NCBI GenBank assembly: GCA_038212275.1
Contig: JBBQUR010000009.1
Coordinates: forward strand, 128,001-192,000
Direction of reading: 5' to 3'
Length of the DNA: 64,000 bases
Source: Planctomycetota bacterium
Lineage (GTDB): Bacteria > Planctomycetota > B15-G4
The notes below the pieces were generated by a model. The model did not search any database. It was not told where the DNA came from and saw only the letters and a program-made list of their open reading frames with translations. This document shows positions 9,587 through 19,261 of this stretch, in pieces. Numbering within the stretch: position 1 is the stretch's first letter; every line of letters begins with the position of its first letter. A program made the translations under genes and the position numbers.

Positions 9587-11914
9587 TCACGGCGTGAGCG
9601 CCGAGAGCGCGTTGGTGGAGGCGAAGCCCTTCACGCCGGCCGGGTCCTGGACCCAGGCCTGGAAGAAGAACTGGAAGTTCGACGGCAGACCGACGGGCCA
9701 CGTGCCGTTGAGCGGCAGGCTTCCCGCGGGCGTGGTGGGCAGCGGGCCGATGAGCACGTTGACGTCCGGCACGAGGACGCCGCCCTTGAGATTGCCCGCC
9801 AGCACGCTGAACCCGGTGATCATCCACCAGTTGGCATTCTCCTTTGCGCTGCTGAGCGTGAGGTTCACGGGACTGCCGCCGGTGAGCGGGCCGCTGCCCG
9901 TGAGCACCGGGATGCCGTGCGTGCCGGCCAGTCCGTTGCCGAGGCTGGCAAAGGTGCCGGGCACGAGCGCGCGCAACTTTGCCAGGTCGCGCGAGTCGAG
10001 CACGCCGTTGCCGTCGGCGTCGGCCGTCTGGCGCCACGGCCAATTCGGCGAGATGAGGTCGACATCGGCCTTGCTGTTCATCGCGGTGACGAAGAGCGCG
10101 AGGTCGGCGGCGTCCGTGTCGAGGTCGCCGTCGAGGTCGCCGGTGGAGTCGAGCGCGGCGTGCGTCACGCTCTGGAATCCGGCCAGCGGCGGGCCCGCTG
10201 GCGTGACCACCTGCTGGCTGCCGTCGAACCAGCGGATCGCGAGCCAGTCGGCGCCGGTGGCGCTGCCCAGTCCGAAGTGCAGGCGGTAAGGCTCCTGGCC
10301 GAGGAAGCTGCTGCCGGCCTTGACCTCGCACATCTGCACGACGCCGGTCGTGCCGCCGGTGCGCAGAAAGACCCGCGTGCCGACGGTGTTGAGGCTGCCG
10401 CCCCTCTGCTTGAGGTCCAGCTGCAGCGAGGGCTTGCCGTTGTTGAGCGTGTTGAGGAAGAAGCCGGCCTTCAGGTTGGCGCCCATCGGCGGCATGACGT
10501 CCTGACTGCGCGTGTAGGCCACGTCGAGGTCGCCGTCGTTGTCGAAGTCGAAAGGCACCATCGAGCGTGCGGTGTCGAGCGTGCCGCCGACGCCGGAGTA
10601 CTGCGGGCAGAACGTATTGATGAGTTGCAGCTTCGTCGACTTGCCGTCGGAGGCGAGCTGCGGGAACAGATTGTTCCAGATGTAGTTGGGCGCCGTGGCG
10701 CTGCCGAGGCCGCGCGCGTTGATGAGCTCCTTGTCGCCATCGTTGTCGAGGTCCACGAAGGCGGCGCCCCAGCCGATGCCGGTCGTCACGTTGGTGTTGA
10801 TGCCCGTGACCGGGCCGATGTGCGTGAACTTCAGGCCCAATCCGCCGATCTTCAGGTCGCTGTCGTTGCGATAGAAGGCATCGACCTTGCTGGGAACGGC
10901 GGAGCCGAAGGTCGAGTTGGTGTGGTAGGTGTCGATGTCGCCGTCGTTGTCGTAGTCGGCGAAGGCGATGCCCATCTCGTTGCCCCAGAGCAGCGAGCCG
11001 GTCGCGTTGTAGTTCATGCCGACCGACGTGGCGATGTTCGGGCCGAAGGTGCCGTTGCCGTTGTTCAGGCGCAGTTCGTCCGCCGCGGTCTCCACGTTGA
11101 TGTGCAGATCAAGCTTTCCGTCGCGGTTGAAGTCGATGAAGCTTGGCATCCAGACCTCGCCGAAGGCGGCGCCGTCGAGGCCCGCTTCAATCGTCGCGTC
11201 CACCAGCAGACGCGGCGTGTAGTCGGGCTGGCCCATGTCCCGCGCCGGATTCGGCACGTTCTTCCAGAGTCGGAACTGGTCCCTGTCGTAGCCCAGCAGC
11301 AGGTTGTTCCTGTACCAGTAGGTGACGATGACATCGAGGAAGCCGTCGTTGTTGTAGTCGCCGACCGCCGCGCCGCCGGCCACGCCGATGACGGTGGTCT
11401 CGACGGTCGGCGCGAGCACGAAGCCGCCGCTGCTGGCCGTGATGTCGGTGAAGTGGTAGCTGCCCGCCGGGCCGTCATTCCGGTGCAGCGAGTACAGGTC
11501 GAGGTTGACCGTGAGCTCTCCCGGGTAGCCGCACGTGATCAGGTCGAGGTCGCCGTCGTTGTCGAAGTCGAAGAAGATCGAGTTGCCGCGGCGCTTGGAG
11601 GGTTCGTCGATTCCGAACAGCGCGGCCGACTCGGTGAACGTGCCGTTGCCGTTGTTGAGGTAGAACTCGTTGGCCTTGCCCTCCGTGCCGCAGATCAGCA
11701 TGTCCAGGAAGGTGTCGTTGTTCACGTCGGCGACGCTCACGCCGGCCGCCTCGGTCGTGATCGTTTCGACGGGCACGAACGTGAAGGCGACACCGGGATT
11801 CTGCGGGCCGGGCGCCGCATTGATCTCGACGAGGTCGAAGCCGACCTGGGCCAGCGCGAACGGGGCCGTCGCCAGGGTAATGAAGGTGGCACCGAGCACG
11901 TGGCGCTTCGACAT
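9587..11914 (-). CDS. secreted FG-GAP/CRTAC1-like (ASPIC-UnbV) protein with dockerin-like module and shared C-terminal domain
   Basis: signal peptide; repeated D-x-[DN]-N-D-G-D-x-D FG-GAP loops; UnbV-like GSSFLGQEPYRLHFGLG; paired dockerin loops GDLDGDLDTDAADL / ADADGNGVLDSRDL. Confidence 0.85.
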   Translation of the reverse strand: MSKRHVLGATFITLATAPFALAQVGFDLVEINAAPGPQNPGVAFTFVPVETITTEAAGVSVADVNNDTFLDMLICGTEGKANEFYLNNGNGTFTESAALFGIDEPSKRRGNSIFFDFDNDGDLDLITCGYPGELTVNLDLYSLHRNDGPAGSYHFTDITASSGGFVLAPTVETTVIGVAGGAAVGDYNNDGFLDVIVTYWYRNNLLLGYDRDQFRLWKNVPNPARDMGQPDYTPRLLVDATIEAGLDGAAFGEVWMPSFIDFNRDGKLDLHINVETAADELRLNNGNGTFGPNIATSVGMNYNATGSLLWGNEMGIAFADYDNDGDIDTYHTNSTFGSAVPSKVDAFYRNDSDLKIGGLGLKFTHIGPVTGINTNVTTGIGWGAAFVDLDNDGDKELINARGLGSATAPNYIWNNLFPQLASDGKSTKLQLINTFCPQYSGVGGTLDTARSMVPFDFDNDGDLDVAYTRSQDVMPPMGANLKAGFFLNTLNNGKPSLQLDLKQRGGSLNTVGTRVFLRTGGTTGVVQMCEVKAGSSFLGQEPYRLHFGLGSATGADWLAIRWFDGSQQVVTPAGPPLAGFQSVTHAALDSTGDLDGDLDTDAADLALFVTAMNSKADVDLISPNWPWRQTADADGNGVLDSRDLAKLRALVPGTFASLGNGLAGTHGIPVLTGSGPLTGGSPVNLTLSSAKENANWWMITGFSVLAGNLKGGVLVPDVNVLIGPLPTTPAGSLPLNGTWPVGLPSNFQFFFQAWVQDPAGVKGFASTNALSALTP

Positions 11915-12136
11915 GAGAGTGAGTCCGAGGGCGGTTGTGAAAGTCGGAGGAGAAGATCCGTGCCTCGGAAGCAGAACGATCGGGTGGACACCGGCAGCAT
12001 CCCGGCCCGAAGCATTCCGATGACTTGGCTACCAACTCTTTCCGAAGACTGCCGACAGCTTGATGCCCTTCGCCGAAGCTGTCAAGCGAGGCAGGAAGGC
12101 CGCGGGGGGTCGCGGCATCCGCGCGAAGAGAGTTGC

Positions 12137-14020
12137 TCAGCCCGGCTTGCCCAATGTCGCGGCGGTCACTACGGAAGGGGGCCGGTCGGCCTGCGTGGAG
12201 GGCACCAGGAAGGGGCCGATCGCGAGTGCGTCCAGCCGCCCCAGCCGGAAGGCGCGGAGGGCGTCCGCCGGCGAGCACACGATCGGCTCCTCGTGCATGT
12301 TGAAACTGGTGTTGATCAGGGTGGGGATGCCGGAGAGCTTCTCGTACTCGGCGAGAATCGCGTGGAAGCCGGGATTCACGTCGCGGCGCAGGAGCTGTGG
12401 CCGCGCGGTGCCGTCCACGTGCACGGCGGCCGGACAGTGCTCGGACATCCACGGCGTGCAGTCCGCCGTGATGGTCATGAACTCCGCGGCGTGGCGCATG
12501 CCGCCGAGGTCGCGGTAGCAGCGGTCGGCAGACTCCGCGAGCGTCACCGGCGCGAAGGGCATGAACTCGGTGCGTCCCAGCCGCTGGTTGAGCCACTGAT
12601 TCACCTCGGGCTGCCGCGCGTGGTAGAGCACCGAGCGGTTGCCGAGCGCGCGAGGCCCGTACTCCATGCGCCCGTCAAAGCGCGCAACGACCTCGCCTGC
12701 GTGAATGCGCCGCGCGACCTCGGCCGCCAGGTCCGCCGGCCGGCTGTACGGAACCTGCGCCTGCTGCAGCGCGGCGAGGATCTGCTCTTCGCTGAACTCC
12801 GGCCCGAGATAGACGTCGTGGAGGGGCGTGCCGACGTCGTGCAGAGGGCCCGCGGCGGCCCGTGAGTCGTGCAGCGCGAGGCCCGTGCCGCAACCGCCAT
12901 CGCCCATGTTGGGATAGATGAAGATGCTCTCCACGCCTTCGATCGCGTGCAGCCGCTGATTGAGCTTCACGTTCGCGGTCACGCCACCGGACAGCACGAG
13001 GTGCCCGCAGCCCGTCGCCGCGACCCAATGCCGCACCCAGTTCACTGCGACGACCTCGAGCACGTGCTGCCACGCCGCCGCGAGGTCGATCATCGCGTAG
13101 CGCGAAGCCAGGTGCCGCGAGAAGAAGATGTTGAGGTTCTGCGCGATGCGGAAGCTCTCTCCGGACTGCCGGATGCGCGCCAGCAGCAGTTCCGAGAGCA
13201 CGGCCGGGTCGCCGTATGCCGCGAGCCCCACGATCTTGCCCGCGTGGCGGTCCGGCTGGAAGCCGAGCGAGGACGTGACGGCCTCGTAGAAGGTCCCGAG
13301 CGAATGCGGAAAGGGCAGGCCGTGCAGGCGCGTGATCTGCCCGCCGTCGCCCAGCGAGATCGAGCCCGCCAGGCCGCTGCCGTAGCCATCGATGGTGACG
13401 ATGAGGGCGCGCGGCTGCCCGCTGGTGTAGTAGGCGTTGCAGGCGTGGGAGAAGTGGTGCTCGTGACGCCTGAGCTTGCCCGCCAGGCCCATCCGCTGCA
13501 GCCCCTGCTCCAGCTCGTTCTGCCAGTGCCGATGCCCCGCCACGGCGAGCTCGGCCCAGCGCTCGCTCATGCGTCGCGTCACCGCTTCGGAGAGAGCGGG
13601 CGTGACGCCGACCAGCCTGTAGAAGAGGCGCTTGGCCAGTCCCTTCGCCATGCGCTGCTCCGGCGTGGACAGCCCGGGCGGCGTTGCGCCGCGGGCTGGC
13701 ACGCGCGCGTCGGCGGCGGCGAGCAGGGCCGACAGGTCCGGCGTGACGAAGTCGGCCTGCTCGCGCCGCTCCGCGTCGAAGGCCGCGGCGATGAGTTCCG
13801 CCTCGCGCTCCGCATTGAAGAACGGGTACGAGACGACGTCCACCTGTTCGGGCGTCACGCCGGCGAAAGCGAACGCGGCCTCGATCGACTGTCGCGGAAA
13901 GCCGGCGTGCTGCTTGCGGCGCGAAAAGCGCTCCTCGCCCGCCGCGAACACGATGCGTCCGTCCTCGACGAGCGAGGCCGTGGCGTCCTTGTCGAGCGGC
14001 GAGATCCCGAGGACTCGCAT
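12137..14020 (-). CDS. carbamoyltransferase (NodU/CmcH/TobZ family)
   Basis: EERFSRRK, HHFSHA, IDGYG, SGGVTANVKLN, GDGG, EYGPRALGNRS, HVDGTARPQ, INTSFNMHEEPIV. Confidence 0.93.
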   Translation of the reverse strand: MRVLGISPLDKDATASLVEDGRIVFAAGEERFSRRKQHAGFPRQSIEAAFAFAGVTPEQVDVVSYPFFNAEREAELIAAAFDAERREQADFVTPDLSALLAAADARVPARGATPPGLSTPEQRMAKGLAKRLFYRLVGVTPALSEAVTRRMSERWAELAVAGHRHWQNELEQGLQRMGLAGKLRRHEHHFSHACNAYYTSGQPRALIVTIDGYGSGLAGSISLGDGGQITRLHGLPFPHSLGTFYEAVTSSLGFQPDRHAGKIVGLAAYGDPAVLSELLLARIRQSGESFRIAQNLNIFFSRHLASRYAMIDLAAAWQHVLEVVAVNWVRHWVAATGCGHLVLSGGVTANVKLNQRLHAIEGVESIFIYPNMGDGGCGTGLALHDSRAAAGPLHDVGTPLHDVYLGPEFSEEQILAALQQAQVPYSRPADLAAEVARRIHAGEVVARFDGRMEYGPRALGNRSVLYHARQPEVNQWLNQRLGRTEFMPFAPVTLAESADRCYRDLGGMRHAAEFMTITADCTPWMSEHCPAAVHVDGTARPQLLRRDVNPGFHAILAEYEKLSGIPTLINTSFNMHEEPIVCSPADALRAFRLGRLDALAIGPFLVPSTQADRPPSVVTAATLGKPG

Positions 14021-14024
14021 CGCG

Positions 14025-15008
14025 TCAGGTCGCGGTCTCGGACAGGCGCGTGCGCAGCTCGAGCGGCGTCAGGGAGAGCCCGCCGAGGTCGCCGAAGAAG
14101 AAGTCGAAGCAGCGCCGGAAGCGATCGAGGAACTCCGCCAGCTCGGTCTCGGTGCGCACGTACGGCGTGCAGCCCGGCTTGAGCGACGGCGAGTGGAAGC
14201 TGAACACGAAGGTGCGCTGGCCGCGTGCGAGCAACTCGTGCAGCAGTCGCCGATGATCGCCGGTGTCGAAACCCTCGGGCGACAGCCGCAGCCGGTCGAG
14301 CAGGCCGGTCCGCGAGAGCAGGCCCGGCAGCCGCGCCCAGGCCAGCGACGGCCGATTGGCCCAGGTGTGCAGCCCGTGCGCCGCCCCGGACAGCAGCCCC
14401 GTGTACGCACCGGTCAGCGGGATGCCGAGCATGCGGCGCTTGTCACCGAACCAGTAGGGCTCCGTGCTGGAGGCGCTGTAGTCGGGTCCGCCCTCGTTGC
14501 GGTAGTCGAAGGGCGGGCAGACGGAGAAGTCCACGTCGAAGCCGAGCGACTCGAGCAGCTCGTGCGTGTGGGGGCCGAGGCCGTAGCGGCCGGCCTGGTA
14601 GACGGCGGGGCGCACGCCGATGCCCGCCTCGATGGCCTCCACGGTCGCGCGCAGCTTGGCGGCTTCCAGCTCGCGGGGCAGGTTGCCGGGGAAGGAGTTG
14701 CGCAGGCAGAGTTCCTCGTCGTACGGCGGCGTGACCCAGGGGTGCAGGTGTGCGCCGATGACCGCGCGGCCCGAGGTCGCGAGCTCGCGCAGCATCTCGT
14801 TGCCCTGTCGCTGGCTGGCCACGGGATAGTCGACGACGTAGGTCGGCGTGATGCCGTATTCGTCGAAGATCGCCTGCGCGCGCCCGACGTGCGCCATCGC
14901 GGTGACGCCGGCGTTCTCGCGGCGGAAGCCGGCGTCCCAGTCGAACTCCTCCTCGGTGTCGATGAGCACGAGCAGCACCGGGCGATTCGCTGGCGAGATC
15001 GTGGCCAT
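14025..15008 (-). CDS. polysaccharide deacetylase family protein (WalW-like)
   Basis: IDTEEEFDW, IGAHLHPWVTPP, YQAGRYG, FSFHSPSL motifs. Confidence 0.85.
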   Translation of the reverse strand: MATISPANRPVLLVLIDTEEEFDWDAGFRRENAGVTAMAHVGRAQAIFDEYGITPTYVVDYPVASQRQGNEMLRELATSGRAVIGAHLHPWVTPPYDEELCLRNSFPGNLPRELEAAKLRATVEAIEAGIGVRPAVYQAGRYGLGPHTHELLESLGFDVDFSVCPPFDYRNEGGPDYSASSTEPYWFGDKRRMLGIPLTGAYTGLLSGAAHGLHTWANRPSLAWARLPGLLSRTGLLDRLRLSPEGFDTGDHRRLLHELLARGQRTFVFSFHSPSLKPGCTPYVRTETELAEFLDRFRRCFDFFFGDLGGLSLTPLELRTRLSETAT

Positions 15009-15016
15009 GCTGCTGC

Positions 15017-16360
15017 TCAGCCCCGGTCGGCTTCGGTGATCTGCACCATGCGCTGCAGGGCGGCGCGCGCGTGCGTGGCGACCGCCGCGCGCTCGTCGTC
15101 GTCGAGTCTCTCGCGGAAGCCGGAGCTTTCGTCGACGCAGTCGCCGACGAGCACGCGGTTGATGTCGGGGAGCCGGCCCCTGGCAAGCAGGTCCACGGTG
15201 GCCACGAGGTGCGGCGGGTCGTTGCGCGACATCGTGGCGCAGCCGCAGCCGGTGGAATGAAAGGAAGGATCGGGGATGTCCGCGACGTGGACGACTTCCA
15301 CGCCGCGCAGTCGGCCCTGCTCACGGGCGTTGCTCGTGAAATGAGCTTCGGTGGCGATGGCGATCCTGTCGCCGCGAGGCGCGGTCATCACCGCATTCCA
15401 GAGGAATTTCGTGCTGCCGGCGCCGTCCGCGGCCTGCACGAAGGGCAGCGGGCACTCCGGATGGGCCAGCACGCGGAAACCGCGGCCGTGCCAGTAATCC
15501 ACCATCGACGGCTTGAAGACCGTGTGCACGCCGCAGGAACTGCCCCAGAGCACGACGCGCGCCGCATCGAGACGCGCCAGCTCATCGGGCTTCAGTCCCG
15601 ACACCTTCTTCAGCATGCCCTCGGTGCCGGCGGGCCACAGGTATTGCTGCTCCGGCGGAATGCCCGCCTGCCAGCAGGCCACCTCGCCGAGGTGCCGGTC
15701 CGGCACCCAGAGCACCTTGCGGCCCTGCGCCAGCGCCCACTGCAGGACAAGCTTCGCATTGCTGCTCGTGCAGACGGCGCCGCCGGTCTGCCCGGCCAGC
15801 GCCTTCACGCGGCCGCTCGTGTTCATGTACGCGACGACGAGGAAGCGATCGCCGTAGCGCTCCTGCAGCTGCTCGAAGAATGGCGCGACGTGGAACTCCT
15901 TGGCGAACATCTCCATCGTGCAGCCGGCGCGCGGATTGGTGATGAACACCTGCTGGTGGGGGTGCGCCAGCGTGGCGATGGACTCCGCCATGAAGTGCAC
16001 GGCGGACTCCACGATGAACTCCGCGCGCGGGTTGGCAGCCGCCTGCAGCGCGAGTTCGTAGCTGTCCGCGACGCGCCCGCCGTAGTGCTCGACCAGCTTC
16101 ACGATCTCGCCGCCCATGTAGTAGTGCGCGAGCAGCAGCAGCTTGTCGCCGAAGTGCGCGAGCGCCGGCTTCAGGTAGTTGTCCATCCACGGCAGCACGA
16201 TCTCGGGCGTGCGGCCCGGCAGGGCGAGGTACTCCTCCGCGTAGGGCCGGAACTCCTGCTGATAGCGATCGAGCGGCAGGTCCTGCTGGCAGATCGGCAT
16301 CCCCGGCACGATGGCCAGGCCGCTGAGCTGGATGGATCGGTCGAGGGTGCGAAGGGCCAA
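15017..16360 (-). CDS. nadA: quinolinate synthase
   Basis: LAHYY, AGCTM, YMNTS, CTSSNA, PDRHLG, CGVH, AHPEC, GST, CATM; start placed at TTG 16360. Confidence 0.9.
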   Translation of the reverse strand: MALRTLDRSIQLSGLAIVPGMPICQQDLPLDRYQQEFRPYAEEYLALPGRTPEIVLPWMDNYLKPALAHFGDKLLLLAHYYMGGEIVKLVEHYGGRVADSYELALQAAANPRAEFIVESAVHFMAESIATLAHPHQQVFITNPRAGCTMEMFAKEFHVAPFFEQLQERYGDRFLVVAYMNTSGRVKALAGQTGGAVCTSSNAKLVLQWALAQGRKVLWVPDRHLGEVACWQAGIPPEQQYLWPAGTEGMLKKVSGLKPDELARLDAARVVLWGSSCGVHTVFKPSMVDYWHGRGFRVLAHPECPLPFVQAADGAGSTKFLWNAVMTAPRGDRIAIATEAHFTSNAREQGRLRGVEVVHVADIPDPSFHSTGCGCATMSRNDPPHLVATVDLLARGRLPDINRVLVGDCVDESSGFRERLDDDERAAVATHARAALQRMVQITEADRG

Positions 16361-16553
16361 GACTTCTTTCCGGGAAGCGGGGCCCGCCGTCCGCGCGGCC
16401 GAGCGAACGGCCGTGCGCGGGGCGAGCGTCCCGTTGTATCGGTCGGGACGAGGTGAAGATAGAGCCCGGCGCGACCGTCCGCCCGTCGCGATGCGGGGCT
16501 TCGTGCTGCCGCCTGTCGCACCGGCATGCGGCGCGCGACGCGGCTCGCTGCGC

Positions 16554-17282
16554 TCAGGGGCGGAGTTGCGCGGCGGCGGGGCGGTCCAGCACCCAGTGCG
16601 CGTGCCGCACCAGTTGTGCCGGCGTGGCCTGCACGTCCGGTGTGCCCTGCAGAGCGCTCCGGACCGCGGCTGCCTTCGACGCGCCCGAGGCGAGCACCAC
16701 CACGTGCCGTGCCGCGGCCAGTGCCGGCGGCGTGAGCGAGATCCGCAGGTGCGGCTCGACGGGTGCGTGCGTGACGAGGACGGCCCGCTCGCGTTCCTGC
16801 AGCGCGGGCGATCCGGGAAACAGCGAGGCGGTGTGGCCGTCGGCGCCGATGCCGAGCAGCAGCACATCGAGCGTCGCGGGCAGCGCGGCGGCGTAGCGGA
16901 CGGCGGCGCGCTCCGCGGCAGCCTCCGGCGGTTCGGTCGGGTCCCAGGCATCGACCATGCGGTGCAGGCGTGCGGCTGGCAGCGCGCCGCCGTTCACGAG
17001 CGTGTCGCGGAGCATGCGGCCATTGCTGCCCGCGTCGTCCGGTGACACGACGCGCTCGTCGCCGAGGAAGACGTCCCAGCCGGCCAGCGAGGCGCGGCCC
17101 TCGCGCACGGCGAGCGCGAGGAGTTCATAACAGCGTCGCGGCGTGCTGCCGCCGGCAAGCGCCACGCCAAGGCTCGGCCTGTCGCACAGTTCCTTCTCCG
17201 CGAGACGCAGCAGCAGGTCCGCGACCACCTGCGCGGCTGCCTCGGCATCCTCCACGACGGTGAGTCGCTCGTCGTGACTCAC
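16554..17282 (-). CDS. pgl: 6-phosphogluconolactonase
   Basis: ALAGGSTP, GDERVV, LLGIGADGHTASLFPG, RISLT; GTGA overlap with the zwf stop. Confidence 0.93.
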   Translation of the reverse strand: MSHDERLTVVEDAEAAAQVVADLLLRLAEKELCDRPSLGVALAGGSTPRRCYELLALAVREGRASLAGWDVFLGDERVVSPDDAGSNGRMLRDTLVNGGALPAARLHRMVDAWDPTEPPEAAAERAAVRYAAALPATLDVLLLGIGADGHTASLFPGSPALQERERAVLVTHAPVEPHLRISLTPPALAAARHVVVLASGASKAAAVRSALQGTPDVQATPAQLVRHAHWVLDRPAAAQLRP

Positions 17283-19021
17283 GACATCGGCCGCGCGCGG
17301 ATCGGCGTCCAGCGACGGTGATCGGCGAGCAGCAGCTCGTCGGCGGCGGCCGGGCCCTGACTGCCCTGCGCGTATTCGTGCAGCGGCAACGGATCGCCCT
17401 CGGGGCGCTCCCACGCCGCCAGCAGCGGGTCCACGAAGCGCCAGCAGTGTTCGACCTCGTCGCGTCGCGTGAAGAGGGTCGCGTCGCCGCGCAGCGCGTC
17501 GAGCAGCAGGCGCTGGTAGCTGTCCTGGCTGGCCTGGCCGAAGGCGCGCCGGTAGGAGAAGTCCATGTCCACGGTGGCGACGTCCAGGTCGTCGCCCGGA
17601 CGCTTGCCGGCGAAGCGCAGCGAGATGCCCTCGTCTGGCTGGATGCGCAGCGTGAGCACGTTGGGCTCTACATGCTGGCAGGTCTCGTCCGAGCCGAACA
17701 GGCACAGCGGAATGGGTTGGAAGTGAATGACGACCTCCGTGGCATGCGCCGCGAGCCGCTTGCCGCTGCGCAGGAAGAAGGGCACGCCCTGCCAGCGCCA
17801 GTTCTCGACGAGCACGCGCAGCGCCGCGTAGGTCGGGGCGCGCGAGTCGCGTGGCACGTCGGGCTCGTCGCGGAAGCCCGCGTACTGCGCGAAGACGGCA
17901 TGCTCGCCGACCTCGTGGGGGAGAATCGGCCGCAGTGAGCGGAAGAGCTGCACGCGCGCGTCGCGCACGTCGTCGGCCTTGAAGGTGATGGGCAGCTCCA
18001 TCGCCACCAGCGCGAGCACCTGCATCAGGTGGTTCTGCAGCATGTCGCGCACGACGCCGACCTTGTCGTAGAAGCGGCCGCGGCCCTCCATGCCCAGCGG
18101 TTCGGCGGCCGTGATCTCCACGTGGCTGATGTGCTTGCGGTTCCACAGCGGCTCGAACATCGAGTTGCCGAAGCGGAACACGAGGATGTTCTGCACGGTC
18201 TCCTTGCCGAGGAAGTGGTCGATGCGGAAGGTCTGCCGTTCGTCGAGCACATGCCCGACCAGCGCGTTGAGCTCCTGCGCGCTCCGGCAGTCGTGGCCGA
18301 AGGGCTTCTCGATGACGACGCGCGTCCAGGGCCGACTGTCCACGGCCGTGAGCAGGCCGTTCTCGTGCAGCCCGCGCAGGATCTGCGGATAGGCAGCGGG
18401 CGGCGTGGCCAGATAGAAGAGGCGATTGCCGCCGGTGCCCGCGCCGGCATCGAGGGTCGCCAGGCGTTCTTTCAGCGCGCGATAGCCGGCGCTGTCGTCG
18501 AAGTCGCCGCGCACGTGATGCACCGAGGCCGCGAAGCGCGACCATGCTGCGCCATCGGGCGCGCCGTGTGCCGGCCGGCGCGCCGCGATCGCGGCGGCCA
18601 GGCTCGCGCGCAGCGCCTCGTCGCTGTCGGGGCGCCGGCTGTAGCCGACGATGGCGAAGTGTTCGGGCAGGAGCCCCTGCTGTGAGAGTCGCAGCAGGGC
18701 CGGCGCCAGCTTGCGGTGCGTGAGGTCGCCCGAGGCGCCGAAGATCACGAGCACGCAGGGCGCGAGGAGGCGCGCGGACGGCCCGCTCGGCGAGGCGCCG
18801 TTGGCGGCAGCGCCCGCGGCATCGCCCGCGGACGGGCCCGTGCCTTCGGCCGAGGCGGCGTCGGCAGCGATGCCCGGAGCGGTGGCAGCGTGCGCGGAGC
18901 CCGCAATGCCAGCGATTCCGGCCTGGCCTGCGGGCTCGGCGGGGGACGCCGTCGAGGTCGGGGCGGCCGCCACGGGAGCGCAGGTGGCTTCGACTCGAAT
19001 CGTCTCGGGTTGCTGTGTCAT
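17279..19021 (-). CDS. zwf: glucose-6-phosphate 1-dehydrogenase
   Basis: IFGASGDLTHRKL, EKPFG, RIDHFLGKETVQN, RDMLQNHL, WQGVPFFLRSGK; ~85-aa Ala/Pro-rich N-terminal extension, so start uncertain. Confidence 0.95.
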   Translation of the reverse strand: MTQQPETIRVEATCAPVAAAPTSTASPAEPAGQAGIAGIAGSAHAATAPGIAADAASAEGTGPSAGDAAGAAANGASPSGPSARLLAPCVLVIFGASGDLTHRKLAPALLRLSQQGLLPEHFAIVGYSRRPDSDEALRASLAAAIAARRPAHGAPDGAAWSRFAASVHHVRGDFDDSAGYRALKERLATLDAGAGTGGNRLFYLATPPAAYPQILRGLHENGLLTAVDSRPWTRVVIEKPFGHDCRSAQELNALVGHVLDERQTFRIDHFLGKETVQNILVFRFGNSMFEPLWNRKHISHVEITAAEPLGMEGRGRFYDKVGVVRDMLQNHLMQVLALVAMELPITFKADDVRDARVQLFRSLRPILPHEVGEHAVFAQYAGFRDEPDVPRDSRAPTYAALRVLVENWRWQGVPFFLRSGKRLAAHATEVVIHFQPIPLCLFGSDETCQHVEPNVLTLRIQPDEGISLRFAGKRPGDDLDVATVDMDFSYRRAFGQASQDSYQRLLLDALRGDATLFTRRDEVEHCWRFVDPLLAAWERPEGDPLPLHEYAQGSQGPAAADELLLADHRRWTPIRARPMS

Positions 19022-19261
19022 GTCGTTCTGGTCTCCGGAGCGGGCGCGGCGCGACTTCGCCACCGCATCGCCGCGCTGTCGCGCCGCAAGCATAGCCACG
19101 CTCCGGCACCGCGCCGCGACGCGCCGCACGGGAGCGCGATGCGTGGCCCGGATGCTAGGCTTCCGCGCCTCGTCGCGCCGGCATGGCGCGGCTCCCGGGC
19201 CGGCGCCCATCGCGTCGGCCGCGAGGTCCACAGGTCCCGCCTCCGGAGGCTGCTGCCACAC

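Noticed and set aside
9917..12865. 982-aa plus-strand ORF and similar long antisense ORFs (4719-6941, 40759-43209, 25450-27279)
   Set aside because: They mirror well-supported genes on the opposite strand and carry no recognisable motifs.
16554..19109. 851-aa ORF as a fusion protein
   Set aside because: Only the last ~242 aa are Pgl; the upstream part is an alternative frame of zwf.
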